DNA of 34,027 nt, from IMG/VR virus record IMGVR_UViG_3300032270_001162, positions 1-34,027 of that record. One strand, 5' to 3'. The notes under the pieces are model-generated. The model saw only the letters and a program-made list of their open reading frames with translations, was not told where the DNA came from and searched no databases. This stretch comes from a virus (Duplodnaviria > Caudoviricetes). The stretch's first letter is position 1; the number at the start of each line of letters is the position of its first letter. Positions 1-9,900 of the stretch are shown here, piece by piece. Both the position numbers and the translations under genes were made by a program.

Positions 1-510
1 ATCATCTTTAAAGGATACTGAATCTAAAATAATTGGAATATCTCTTTTTTCCCCAATAGAATCTACTAGATCTACTGTCAATGTAAATGCTGGTTGGAAG
101 TATGGTAAAATTTGCTCAACAATCTGTAAAGCATCATCATTTAATTTTGTCAAAATATTTAATTCAAATCCAATGTTATATGGGACCGGCATAAAAACCT
201 TCTTTAGGTTTGTACCATCTGATGCTTTAAAAGTTTGAGTAACTCCTACTTTTCTTGTTGAATCATATTTGATAGATGTCATTTCAAAAGACATTCTTGG
301 TAATGTAATTGCAACTGGTTTGTTTAAATCTGGTTGTTGCTCAATTCTTGCCAAAAACTTTTGCATTGGTCCGTATGCCAATGGAACTCTCATTTCATCG
401 TAAGGATCACCATCCTTATCTTTATGCTTAATGTATATCTCATTAAATACTGTTCCGAATGAAATAATTGTTTTTCTAATTATCTGATGATAATAGTAAG
501 TTCCTAACAT
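1..510 (-). CDS. gp15: Tail sheath stabilizer / tail completion protein gp15 (partial, runs off the window start)
   Basis: Not in the ORF track. Manual translation from ATG at 510 gives MLGTYYYHQIIRKTIISFGTVFNEI...VPLAYGPMQKFLARIEQQPD...TLPRMSFEM...PVPYNIGFEL...QIVEQILPYFQP, which are T4-like gp15 motifs. The start overlaps the gp14 stop (TAATG). Confidence 0.93.
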   Translation of the reverse strand, partial: MLGTYYYHQIIRKTIISFGTVFNEIYIKHKDKDGDPYDEMRVPLAYGPMQKFLARIEQQPDLNKPVAITLPRMSFEMTSIKYDSTRKVGVTQTFKASDGTNLKKVFMPVPYNIGFELNILTKLNDDALQIVEQILPYFQPAFTLTVDLVDSIGEKRDIPIILDSVSFKDD

Positions 511-1907
511 TAATAATTACCGAATGGGTTTGATTCTGAAAAATCAATGATGAGATCTGCCTCTGCTTCAATCTCATCATTTTGTTCATATTTATCTTGA
601 AACTCTCCTTGAGATACATTTCTGACACTAAATCTGGCAGATGATGCAGATCCTACAATAATGTCTCCAGGAACAAAATCTCCATCAGTTGTTCCAACTT
701 TAAGAATATTTTGAACTTGATTCCAAGTTTTAACTCTTGCAGTTGCCCCAGAAATTGATCCAGTAACAATTTCATTAGAAGAAAATGTTCCTATTCCAGT
801 AATAATTGGGGGCGGGGATATTGTTACTACTGGATTCATAGTATATCCAATTCCCGCATCAGAAATTAATATTCTTGTTATGCTACCTGAAGCACTTATA
901 GATGCAATTCCTCGCGCAGTAACCGCTAATCCTGCAGAAGGAGTGCTGAAAGTAACATTTGGTGCTACTGGATATCCACTTCCAAAAGTTTGTATTCCCA
1001 CAATAGATGTACCATAATAATTAGTTACAATTTCGCAAATTGCTGAAGCTCCTGCACCATTTCCTCCAGTAATTGTAACCGTAGGAGTTACTGTATACCC
1101 AGCGCCAGGATTTGTTAATAAGATACTCTGTACTGAATATACTCCACCCTTTTGTGTTGTAATTGCTACAGCAGTTGCATTCATACCTCCTGAAGGTGCT
1201 GATGAAATTGCAACATTTGGTGTAGACGTATAATCATGTCCATCATTATTTAAAATAACTCTCCTGACATATCCAGATACAGTAGTTGCAGTTCCTGTAG
1301 CAGTTTGCCCAAATGAGAATAATTCGAGAGAAGTCATATAACCTTGATTTACTAGCGTACTATCAATCTCATCCACTGTTGTATTGTCATTATTCCAACC
1401 ACCAAGTTCATCTTCATATTCAAACAGTTCACATTTTAATTCATAAACATAAGTTTTACCTAATTGATAAAATGGTTGCTCATGTTCAACAAATTTAATT
1501 TCGAATAATCTTCTTCCTAGAGGGAAATAAACAATGTCACCTTCTCTTGGTCGAGAAGATAATACAATTTCATCATCATTCATTGTTTCTAAAAATGGTG
1601 AAATAAAATCTTCAAATCTTTCTTTTGAAATAATTAAGGTAAGTTCATCCTTTAAGTTCATCCCAAATTTTGTTAAAATATCTCCAGATCCACTATATCC
1701 CTCATAGTTTTGTACATAAGCTTCGAGTGCAAAATTATCATCAAATTTTGATGATGTTACTTCTCTTATAATTGTTTCTTTTCTTACAAATTTTCTTGGA
1801 ATATATGTAACTTCAACTCCATATATCCTCAATTGCTCATTTATGAGTTCTTGAATTAATCTTTGTTCATTTGCTGAACCTTGTAGAAAAAAAGGATTAA
1901 GTGCCAT
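510..1907 (-). CDS. gp14: Neck protein gp14 with an inserted Gly/Thr-rich beta-repeat region
   Basis: MALNPFF...EQRLIQELINEQLRIYG, RPREGDIVYFP, FEIKFVEHEQPFYQLGK and C-terminal DFSESNPFG; lies between gp13 and gp15. Confidence 0.92.
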   Translation of the reverse strand: MALNPFFLQGSANEQRLIQELINEQLRIYGVEVTYIPRKFVRKETIIREVTSSKFDDNFALEAYVQNYEGYSGSGDILTKFGMNLKDELTLIISKERFEDFISPFLETMNDDEIVLSSRPREGDIVYFPLGRRLFEIKFVEHEQPFYQLGKTYVYELKCELFEYEDELGGWNNDNTTVDEIDSTLVNQGYMTSLELFSFGQTATGTATTVSGYVRRVILNNDGHDYTSTPNVAISSAPSGGMNATAVAITTQKGGVYSVQSILLTNPGAGYTVTPTVTITGGNGAGASAICEIVTNYYGTSIVGIQTFGSGYPVAPNVTFSTPSAGLAVTARGIASISASGSITRILISDAGIGYTMNPVVTISPPPIITGIGTFSSNEIVTGSISGATARVKTWNQVQNILKVGTTDGDFVPGDIIVGSASSARFSVRNVSQGEFQDKYEQNDEIEAEADLIIDFSESNPFGNY

Positions 1908-1909
1908 AA

Positions 1910-2752
1910 TTAACCAATAAAATCATAAGGTGGAAGTTCATACTCCTGTACCATTCTTTGCTTAATATCTTCTAATTCTCGTTCAGCATCTTCATATAGT
2001 TCTCTACCATTTAACTCAATTCCGCCAGGAAGTTTAACACCTCTAAATTTAATTAAATTCTGACCCCATTGTTTTTTAATTAATGCGGTAAGATATTTTT
2101 TAATAAAACTATCATTATATACATTAGTAAATGTATTTGGGTCAAGTATTCTATAACAATCAATAACAATATATTTGTCTGCAGATTGTGACGCCCAATC
2201 AAGATCCAGATACAATCTATTTTGTCTTTTGTTAAATCTAAGTTGTTTATCTGTAGTCAGTAAAAAATCAATATCTTCGAGATATGATTTAACCATAGCA
2301 TACTGTAACAGTTCAACAGAGTTAAAATAATATAAATCATTTAAGAATAATTGATATTTGATACTAAACATTCCACCAGAAATGGAACTAGTATCAAATT
2401 TAAAAACCTTTTCAATACCTATAACTGAATCTGGTACTTGAATGTAGTTTGAAGTTTCGTAAAAGTTATAGGATACAGTTCCTATGCCAGTAATATTCGA
2501 CGTTGCTGTAGTTGTAGTTACACCAACTCCATTAGTGTTTCTACCTCTACCTCTATCAAGATCTGCTTGAGTAATTTTATATTTCAGATACATTCTTTCG
2601 ACACCATCAAAGTGCCTTTCCTGGAAGTACTGAAGGGCATCATCGACTAAATCATCAATCTGGTCGTCATCAACGTTAATCTCCAATACAGGAGCACCTA
2701 AGCGTCTTAGACAGTAATCTATAAGTTGTTGTCTACTTGCTGGTTTTGCCAT
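1910..2752 (-). CDS. gp13: Neck protein gp13
   Basis: MAKPASRQQLIDYCLRRLGAPVLEINVDDDQ and KKQWGQNLIKFRGVKLPGGIELNG match the gp13 signature; synteny agrees. Confidence 0.95.
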   Translation of the reverse strand: MAKPASRQQLIDYCLRRLGAPVLEINVDDDQIDDLVDDALQYFQERHFDGVERMYLKYKITQADLDRGRGRNTNGVGVTTTTATSNITGIGTVSYNFYETSNYIQVPDSVIGIEKVFKFDTSSISGGMFSIKYQLFLNDLYYFNSVELLQYAMVKSYLEDIDFLLTTDKQLRFNKRQNRLYLDLDWASQSADKYIVIDCYRILDPNTFTNVYNDSFIKKYLTALIKKQWGQNLIKFRGVKLPGGIELNGRELYEDAERELEDIKQRMVQEYELPPYDFIG

Positions 2753-3210
2753 TAGTATTCTCCCCCATCTATTATGCTTGACCAGGTAGTAATTCCAACA
2801 TTATCTGTTGTAAGTATATAGTTGGTATAATCGATTGCATTACTGGTCGAACCAGTAGAAACCATTAATCCATTAGAATTAAAATATGCAACTCCTCCAG
2901 TATTATATGTTCCATAATAAAAGGAAGCAATTGTTGCAATTCCAGTTATATTTGAGTTTCTGGCAGTAAATTCGTCAAATTTTAGATCATCTCTTACATA
3001 AAGATCACCACCAATATAAACGTCATTAATAAAAGTTGCTATACCAACAAATGTTGATATTCCACTAACATTTAATTGTGTAACTGATGCTATTCCACCG
3101 ACTACATTTTCTGCAATATTGGAAGTTTCTGAAAATGCAGATCCACCAGAAAGACTCGAAAGTACTTTAATTACATTTTGTTGGCCAACTCTTACTTTTA
3201 TGTCGGACAT
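2752..3210 (-). CDS. Hypothetical virion/fibre-associated protein
   Basis: 152 aa with the VSGISTFVG repeat typical of cyanophage fibre proteins and a C-terminal IDGGEY; start and stop overlap its neighbours by one base. Confidence 0.6.
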   Translation of the reverse strand: MSDIKVRVGQQNVIKVLSSLSGGSAFSETSNIAENVVGGIASVTQLNVSGISTFVGIATFINDVYIGGDLYVRDDLKFDEFTARNSNITGIATIASFYYGTYNTGGVAYFNSNGLMVSTGSTSNAIDYTNYILTTDNVGITTWSSIIDGGEY

Positions 3211-3554
3211 TATCGAGTAACTCCCTCCCTCACAAGAATCATACCTTCAATTACTCTATTTTTAATGTTATAATTATCAGTAATTATTACATCATATACA
3301 TATCTTCCTGGTTTTAAATTTTGAGTTTGTTCGGAGTCTAGTGTTAAATATATTTGGCCACGAGATGGTGGGTCAGTTATAGTAGTGCCAAAACTTACAG
3401 AAGTTGAACTACCAGACCACTTTCTAAATTGTGCAGTAATTTGGTATCCAGTTAAATTTAATGGAAACTCTCCAGCAGAAGACTCTAAATTAAAAGATTG
3501 TGAAAAATCGGCACCAGAATTTATTACTAGATTAGTGACATATACTGCTGACAT
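3210..3554 (-). CDS. Small virion structural protein (BppU-like Ig fold)
   Basis: The GADFSQSF...NLTGY...LKPGRYVYDV...RVIEG...EGVTR pattern is common in cyanophage structural regions; a late promoter lies directly upstream. Confidence 0.65.
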   Translation of the reverse strand: MSAVYVTNLVINSGADFSQSFNLESSAGEFPLNLTGYQITAQFRKWSGSSTSVSFGTTITDPPSRGQIYLTLDSEQTQNLKPGRYVYDVIITDNYNIKNRVIEGMILVREGVTR

Positions 3555-3579
3555 TTAACCAATTTCAACATCTACTTAT

Positions 3580-3587
3580 TATTTATA
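3580..3587 (-). promoter_or_regulatory. T4-type late promoter TATAAATA
   Basis: Exact consensus on the minus strand, intergenic, 25 nt upstream of the ATG at 3554. Confidence 0.85.
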
Positions 3588-3588
3588 T

Positions 3589-3759
3589 CTACAGAGAAGC
3601 GAGAGTAGATACTACTTCCTGTTGTTTTAAATATAATTTGCAATATAATTTTGCAAATTCCTTTAATTCATCCACAGTTAACTGATCTATTACTCTAGCA
3701 TGTTTTTCATATTCAAATAATTTATCAATACTTTCTAAATCAATACTATTTGGGTCCAT
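3589..3759 (-). CDS. NblA-like small helical protein (candidate phycobilisome degradation adaptor), 56 aa
   Basis: Not in the ORF track. Manual translation: MDPNSIDLESIDKLFEYEKHARVIDQLTVDELKEFAKLYCKLYLKQQEVVSTLASL. Size and two-helix hydrophobic pattern resemble NblA, and it fills the intergenic gap. Confidence 0.6.
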   Translation of the reverse strand: MDPNSIDLESIDKLFEYEKHARVIDQLTVDELKEFAKLYCKLYLKQQEVVSTLASL

Positions 3760-3946
3760 TTAATAACTCCTTAAGAAGAGATTTAATTTCGTCAATATCT
3801 TTTCTCATTTCATTCATTTCTCTTTTTTGAGAATCTCTATTATTTAATGAATTTACATATTGATTATATGCGACAGAATCACAATTTATAATCGCACCTG
3901 ATCCTTCATCTCTATAAAGATTTGGATGTCCCTCTACTCTTATCAT
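3746..3946 (-). CDS. Conserved cyanophage hypothetical protein with a C-terminal coiled coil
   Basis: MIRVEGHPNLYRDEGSGAIIN...DIDEIKSLLKEL; ATGA overlap with the upstream giant gene. Confidence 0.8.
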   Translation of the reverse strand: MIRVEGHPNLYRDEGSGAIINCDSVAYNQYVNSLNNRDSQKREMNEMRKDIDEIKSLLKELLNGPK

Positions 3947-6900
3947 CGGATTGCAATTGCCCTAAGTTCTTTGATTCTTACTGGATATGCCTGATTTGTT
4001 CCAGACATTACAATTTTAATTGCATATCCAGTGAATAAATCTAAATTATCTGCAGTAAATTGATATTCTAAAAATTCATTATTCAAACTTGGTCTTACAA
4101 ATAAATCTGAAAGTCCATCATTTTTTGCTGGATCAATAATGGAATATTGATTTGTATCAGTATACTTTAGATTATTATATCCTGGGAATAATTCAAATGC
4201 CTGAGGAACTTGACTAGAATCAGATCTAATTAAACTATATAGAACTCTAAAATCGGAAGAAGAATGTCTATATGCAGATAAAATAACTTTTAATGATGAT
4301 GCAGGTTGAGATAGTGATACAATTCTAGAAACATATGATGCTGCATGGGGATCATTTGTTATTGAATTTACTCTAGAATCTACTACATAATCCGATATTG
4401 GATTATCTAAACGATTATTTCTAAACTCGGTAGATGAATTGTTCAAATATATTACTGGAGATAGATATTTGTCAGAACTATTCAAAGTTATTCCAGTAGT
4501 AAATGATTTGTTTCTTGGTAAATTGCTCAGATATTCAGTCTCATTTTCTTTGGAGCACACCAATCTTACAGACTCTAAGACGTTCAATGTATTTAATTGA
4601 ACTGGTTCAAATCCATTATCGAGGAATGAAGTTTCATTTCCACCAATACTAGTACCAGTGGTAGTCCTAATTGTTGCAGTAACAGATGTATTTGCTGGAG
4701 TAATAACATCATAAACTGGTACTAATGAACTATAAGATATGTTTGATGATGCATATACGTTGGATCCGCCGACAGTTGATTCATTTGTGAATGATAATTC
4801 GGGCAATCCTGGTGCATCTAATGATCTGTCAATAGGTCCATTTGTTGATCTATTAATTTCAACATAATATTCATCGATCCCAATTCCAGAATCACTAATA
4901 TCATGAGTTGTATTAATTCTTCTTAAAGAAACTCCGTTCATTTCGTACTTATATACTAAACTATTAATGTCGTAGTTTAATACCTTAGTTAAGTCAATTC
5001 CTCTAACTACACCCCTTAAAGTTCCGTTTCCAATTTCATTATATGAAATAATTTCATTTTCAATCTTTATATATCCCAAATTAGTCCCACTTACTGCAAC
5101 TCCTTCAAAAGTTGCAAAGTTTGAAGTATCTGCAATACTAACGATAGAAACATCTGTACTCAATAGTTGTGTTGAAAGTGTTGTTGCTGGAATATTAGAT
5201 TCTGCTCCACTAATTACCAATTTATTTGTATTTGAATACATCCCATGATCAAAATGATCCACTTTGATATAATTTCCAGAATTTATACTTCCTGTAGGTG
5301 TGAAGTTTCTAATTGTAGTACTTGCAAGAGAGACAATTGTTCCGGAATTATTATAATAACTTAGTCCAGCGCCAACATTAAATGTTCCTCCCTGAACATT
5401 TGATAAGTATAAAGTATCCAGACTATTTCCAATTGCACCGATAGTAATTCTTGCATCCTTTCCAGTATTGCTTGAGACTGAAGATGTTACAATACCAACA
5501 ACATCACCTATAGCATATCCATTTCCTCGATTTACTGTAGTTATTCCTGTAATTGTACCATTGAGTGCCGTGATATTCAATACAAGACCAGAACCACTTC
5601 CAATAATATTGTAAGTATTTACGGAAGTACCTGTAACATAATTACTTCCACCAGTAGTAATTCCTAGCGATGAGACAGAACTTCCTGTTCCAACTACATA
5701 TCCATAAACATAATTTTGCGAACCAACAATTTTTCTACCTTTTGATAATGTGGTAATTAATGATGTATTAGTAGTTGTAGTAATGCCAAGAGTTGCAGTT
5801 TTTGGTAAAGTTTTTAATGGATTGTTAATTAATTTGTCAACATATCCATTACTCTTATCGAATGTTGGATTGTAGAAAAATGCAGTTCCTGTGGGTGATG
5901 TAAATTCTGCCTTGTAAAGTTTAAATTTTAGATCTTGATAATCACTTCCAGTCCATTCGGATCCATTTTGAGATTTGTAAAGTCTTCCCATGGAGAATTG
6001 CTTAGAGTATTTGACACTATCAGCATCTGGTAATGATTTAGTATTTACAGTCTTCTCACCCATTGTTGCACACCACAATTCATATTGATCACTCGTTTCT
6101 GAGATAATTACTACTGCATATTGTCTTCCAGGTGCTAGATAAATTGGTTCATCAAAAGTAACTTTGGTTGGAGTTTCTGCATCATCAGATACATTAACTT
6201 GATCTGGTCTCAATGTAACCGCATTACCAATTCTAAGTCTCGTTGGAGTCCCCAATTCAACAGTTCTTATTTCTACTTTTACTGGGGCATTTCCTTGATC
6301 TTTTGCTCCAAAATATAAATCAACAGCAGTTAAGAAAGCACCATTTACATCATCGTTTGTATTTGTTGGTGAAGGTGCCTCAACATTTCCTCCGACAACA
6401 AATGATTGTGCAAGAGGGTCTATGTATCTTGTTACTGTTGTTGTAGTAGCAGAGTTTAAGTCTACATTAGTTACATTTGTAGTTGTATTTGTAGTTGTGT
6501 TTACATCAGTATTTCTTATAGTTGTTGTTACTAAATTCTCCCACTGCTCAAACATGCCATCGGCACTATAATTTGTTTCTGCAAAAGAAATTGAATTACT
6601 TCCAACAAGACCAGGAGCATTGGTTGAACTTGAAGTCAATTTAAAAGTCTTTGTGCCAGTTTCAATTCTAACTGAAGGTGGCGGAATTGTATTTGGATCT
6701 CTTAAGAAACTTGCGCCGATTAAATCTCCATAATTATCAGTAATCAATCTAAGATCCTTAACATATGCAACTGCACCACTTGTTTGCCCAACAAGTCTCA
6801 TACCCTTCAGTAAATATCCAGAATATTTTCCTTGAGCTTCTTGCGATAATGAATACGTATCAATATTCAAAACCTTTGAAGATGAACTGTATGATGCTGG

Positions 6901-9900
6901 TAATGTTTCTCCTTTAATATAAGGATTTATTGTATATGTTGAAGATGGTGAACTGAAATTACCATACTTGTGGTTTGAGGTTGCTACACGGAACGTAATT
7001 AAATTTTGACCATTACTAGTACCAATAACTTCCTCACCAACAACAAATGATCCGGAAGAACCATAATTTGCTAATGTAGCATCATTTGAAATTTCTACTA
7101 ATTTTGGAACAAAATCTACCGCACTATTTGAATCAAAAAATAGATAGAATTGTGTAGATGGTTTTAGGTTTGTTATTGAAAATCCAATATTTCTAGATCT
7201 TATAAACTTCTCTTCTGCCGAAGATATTTTTATATTTTGAATTGTAGTATCATAATCTGATATAGTGCCAGTTTTTTCGGTATTTGATGAAGTTGAAGAT
7301 GAAGATGTGCTTGATAATGAATATGTAGGATCAGATGTACTGGCATCCTCCCAATTTCCCATACCATAAATTACCCTTTCAACAGTTGTATTAGTAAAAC
7401 TATTACTAGTAGTAACTACATTATTTGAAACATTATTTGTAAGATTTAACGAAGGCATTGATATTGTATTTGACACATGCTTATCTGGAAGTTGTATAGT
7501 TCTAATCCAATTATCTCTATCCGGGTCTAATTTAATATCTCCAGTATATACAATAACATTAAATGGATTAACATTCTCAACTCTTGTTGCAAACGGTTGT
7601 TCAATCCAACCTACAGAATTATATTTTAAAGTTACTGCATTTCCAGTTTTTTGTACATTTGGATCAAGTAAATCATAATTAACTGATAAATCAAATTGAT
7701 TATCATTAATTGCAGTTGCTGGCGCAAGTTGTGATTTTAAAGAATTTCTACTAATAATAGGAATTAATTCATTAGATTGATTGTTAATTTGAATTGATGA
7801 TAATCTTCTATTAATTGATGTGTAATCTTTAAAGTCATCAACAAAAAATCCAGTTTTAAATCTATTTCTTCCATCAGAATCTTGAATTTGAAGTGTCTGT
7901 GTATTTACTTCAAGTAATGATAGCGAAGTAACTCTTTCTAAATTAGAAACTCTTTCTTGAATTATTCCAATATCTCTCATAGTATATCTTCTATTGTCAA
8001 TTGGTGTGACAACAGCATCTGATGGATTATACAAATATGGTGGTAGTGTAATGGTTGCAATATCCATTACATCGCCTTTTTTGCTTGGAACCGTAAGTTT
8101 TTTTGAAGATATACCTTTTTCTAAAATAAAAGTTCCAAATTTATCAAGATATAATTTATCTACTCTTGGTAGATAGTAATCATATCCAATCAATGAACTT
8201 TCATTTGATGATAAAATAACTTTGGGATCGGAATTAAACGATCTTGAATCAAAATCAAATGGAGATTTGTTTGTATCAGTAAAAACCGATACTCTTGGTC
8301 TAAAATCCAACGTATCAGAGGCCCTTACATTTCTAGGTCCAATTGTCGGAATATCATTTGAAAATCTTTCTTGATCATAACTTGAAACAGTAAATACATC
8401 ACCAGTATCATTGAGTGGTACTGAGTAATAGTCGAATACTATTAATAATTTTTTTGAAGGTTCTGGAGTATTTTTGTTTCTAGTTAGTCTAGAATAATCA
8501 TAATATTGATCTCTCTGTCCCTTATCTAATTGATATGAATATGTAATATCTTTGTAATTCCCTACAGTAATTAATTCAATATCAACAGTTATATTAGATT
8601 CTTTAAATTTTACTGTTTCTCCATCAGAAAATCTTTCCGTATTTAAATAAACAATCCCTAAAACATTTGTAGATGGTTTTGAAACAACTCTTGCAATTGC
8701 TTTGCTACTATTTCCAATTATATCTTCACCAATTATTGTATTAGTAGTAACATCCGCACTAGATGTAAACCTAACCGTATCTAGTGATGGTGATAATGAA
8801 TCATAGGATTCATAAACTGCCAAAACTTTACACACATCTGGATAATTTAAACTTATCTGTTCGTCTTGAACTCTTAATCCATAAAATTGATTATATGTAA
8901 GTCCATCATTAATTGAAGAATTGCTAGAACTTCCAGATTGTGAATATTTCGAAAATTCAACATTCTGTATTTTACTTCTATTATATTCCTTTTTCTTACT
9001 TTGAATTCCATTTTTAATTAATGTTGCATTCACTGTAACGTCACTACCATCAATCAATCCTCCAATAGTAACTACATTTGAATTAAGTCTAAAAGAATCT
9101 TGTGTTACTGTGCCAATTCCTCCTCCAGAATAATGAACAGAATATCTTTCTTCATCAAATGAGGCGAAAAATGAACTGGAAATTCCAGTAATATCTGAAG
9201 AATTGAGAGATAATTGCCCACCAGATATTGTTTTCCCAGAAATTTGTGTGGAAATAGTCAATAAAGAATTTGAAAGATTTACTGAAGATATATTTGAATC
9301 TGGAAGTTGTGCATATAAGTATCCTGTAGACTCATTTCTTATAATTGGAGCGCCAATTTGAATATTTGGTTCAATTGTACCTCCAGGTACACCACCATCA
9401 AAAACTCCAGAAACAGAAGTAATTCCTGCAATAGTCATTGACAATCCATCAGCAGAAACTGATGTTATTCTATTGAATGTTTCTACTGAGGAACCTTGTT
9501 TTTGATATCTTATAATAGTATTTTCTCTTACACCACTGAATACATTTCCAGCAGAAATTACGTTACTACCAGAAATAGTTACTTTACTTACATTATTTTG
9601 AAAATTAAATCTTTCAAGAAAAGCATTTGCATTAAATTCTACAAAAAAACCAGATACAGCAGTAGTCTGTTTTACTGATTTTATATTCTGAGTTCCATAT
9701 GATGTGATTGTTTTAATTGATGTGGAAGAATCTACACCATTTATTATTAATTGTTCTCCTTGAGAAAATTTACCTGAAGTTTGACTTAATTGAATTGTTT
9801 CTGATGATCCGTTTGCAACTGCATAACCACTAGCACCACTACTCTTACCTTTTACAAAAGATGATTTTGGAAGTTCTGTAGTTGATATACTTTTATTTAA

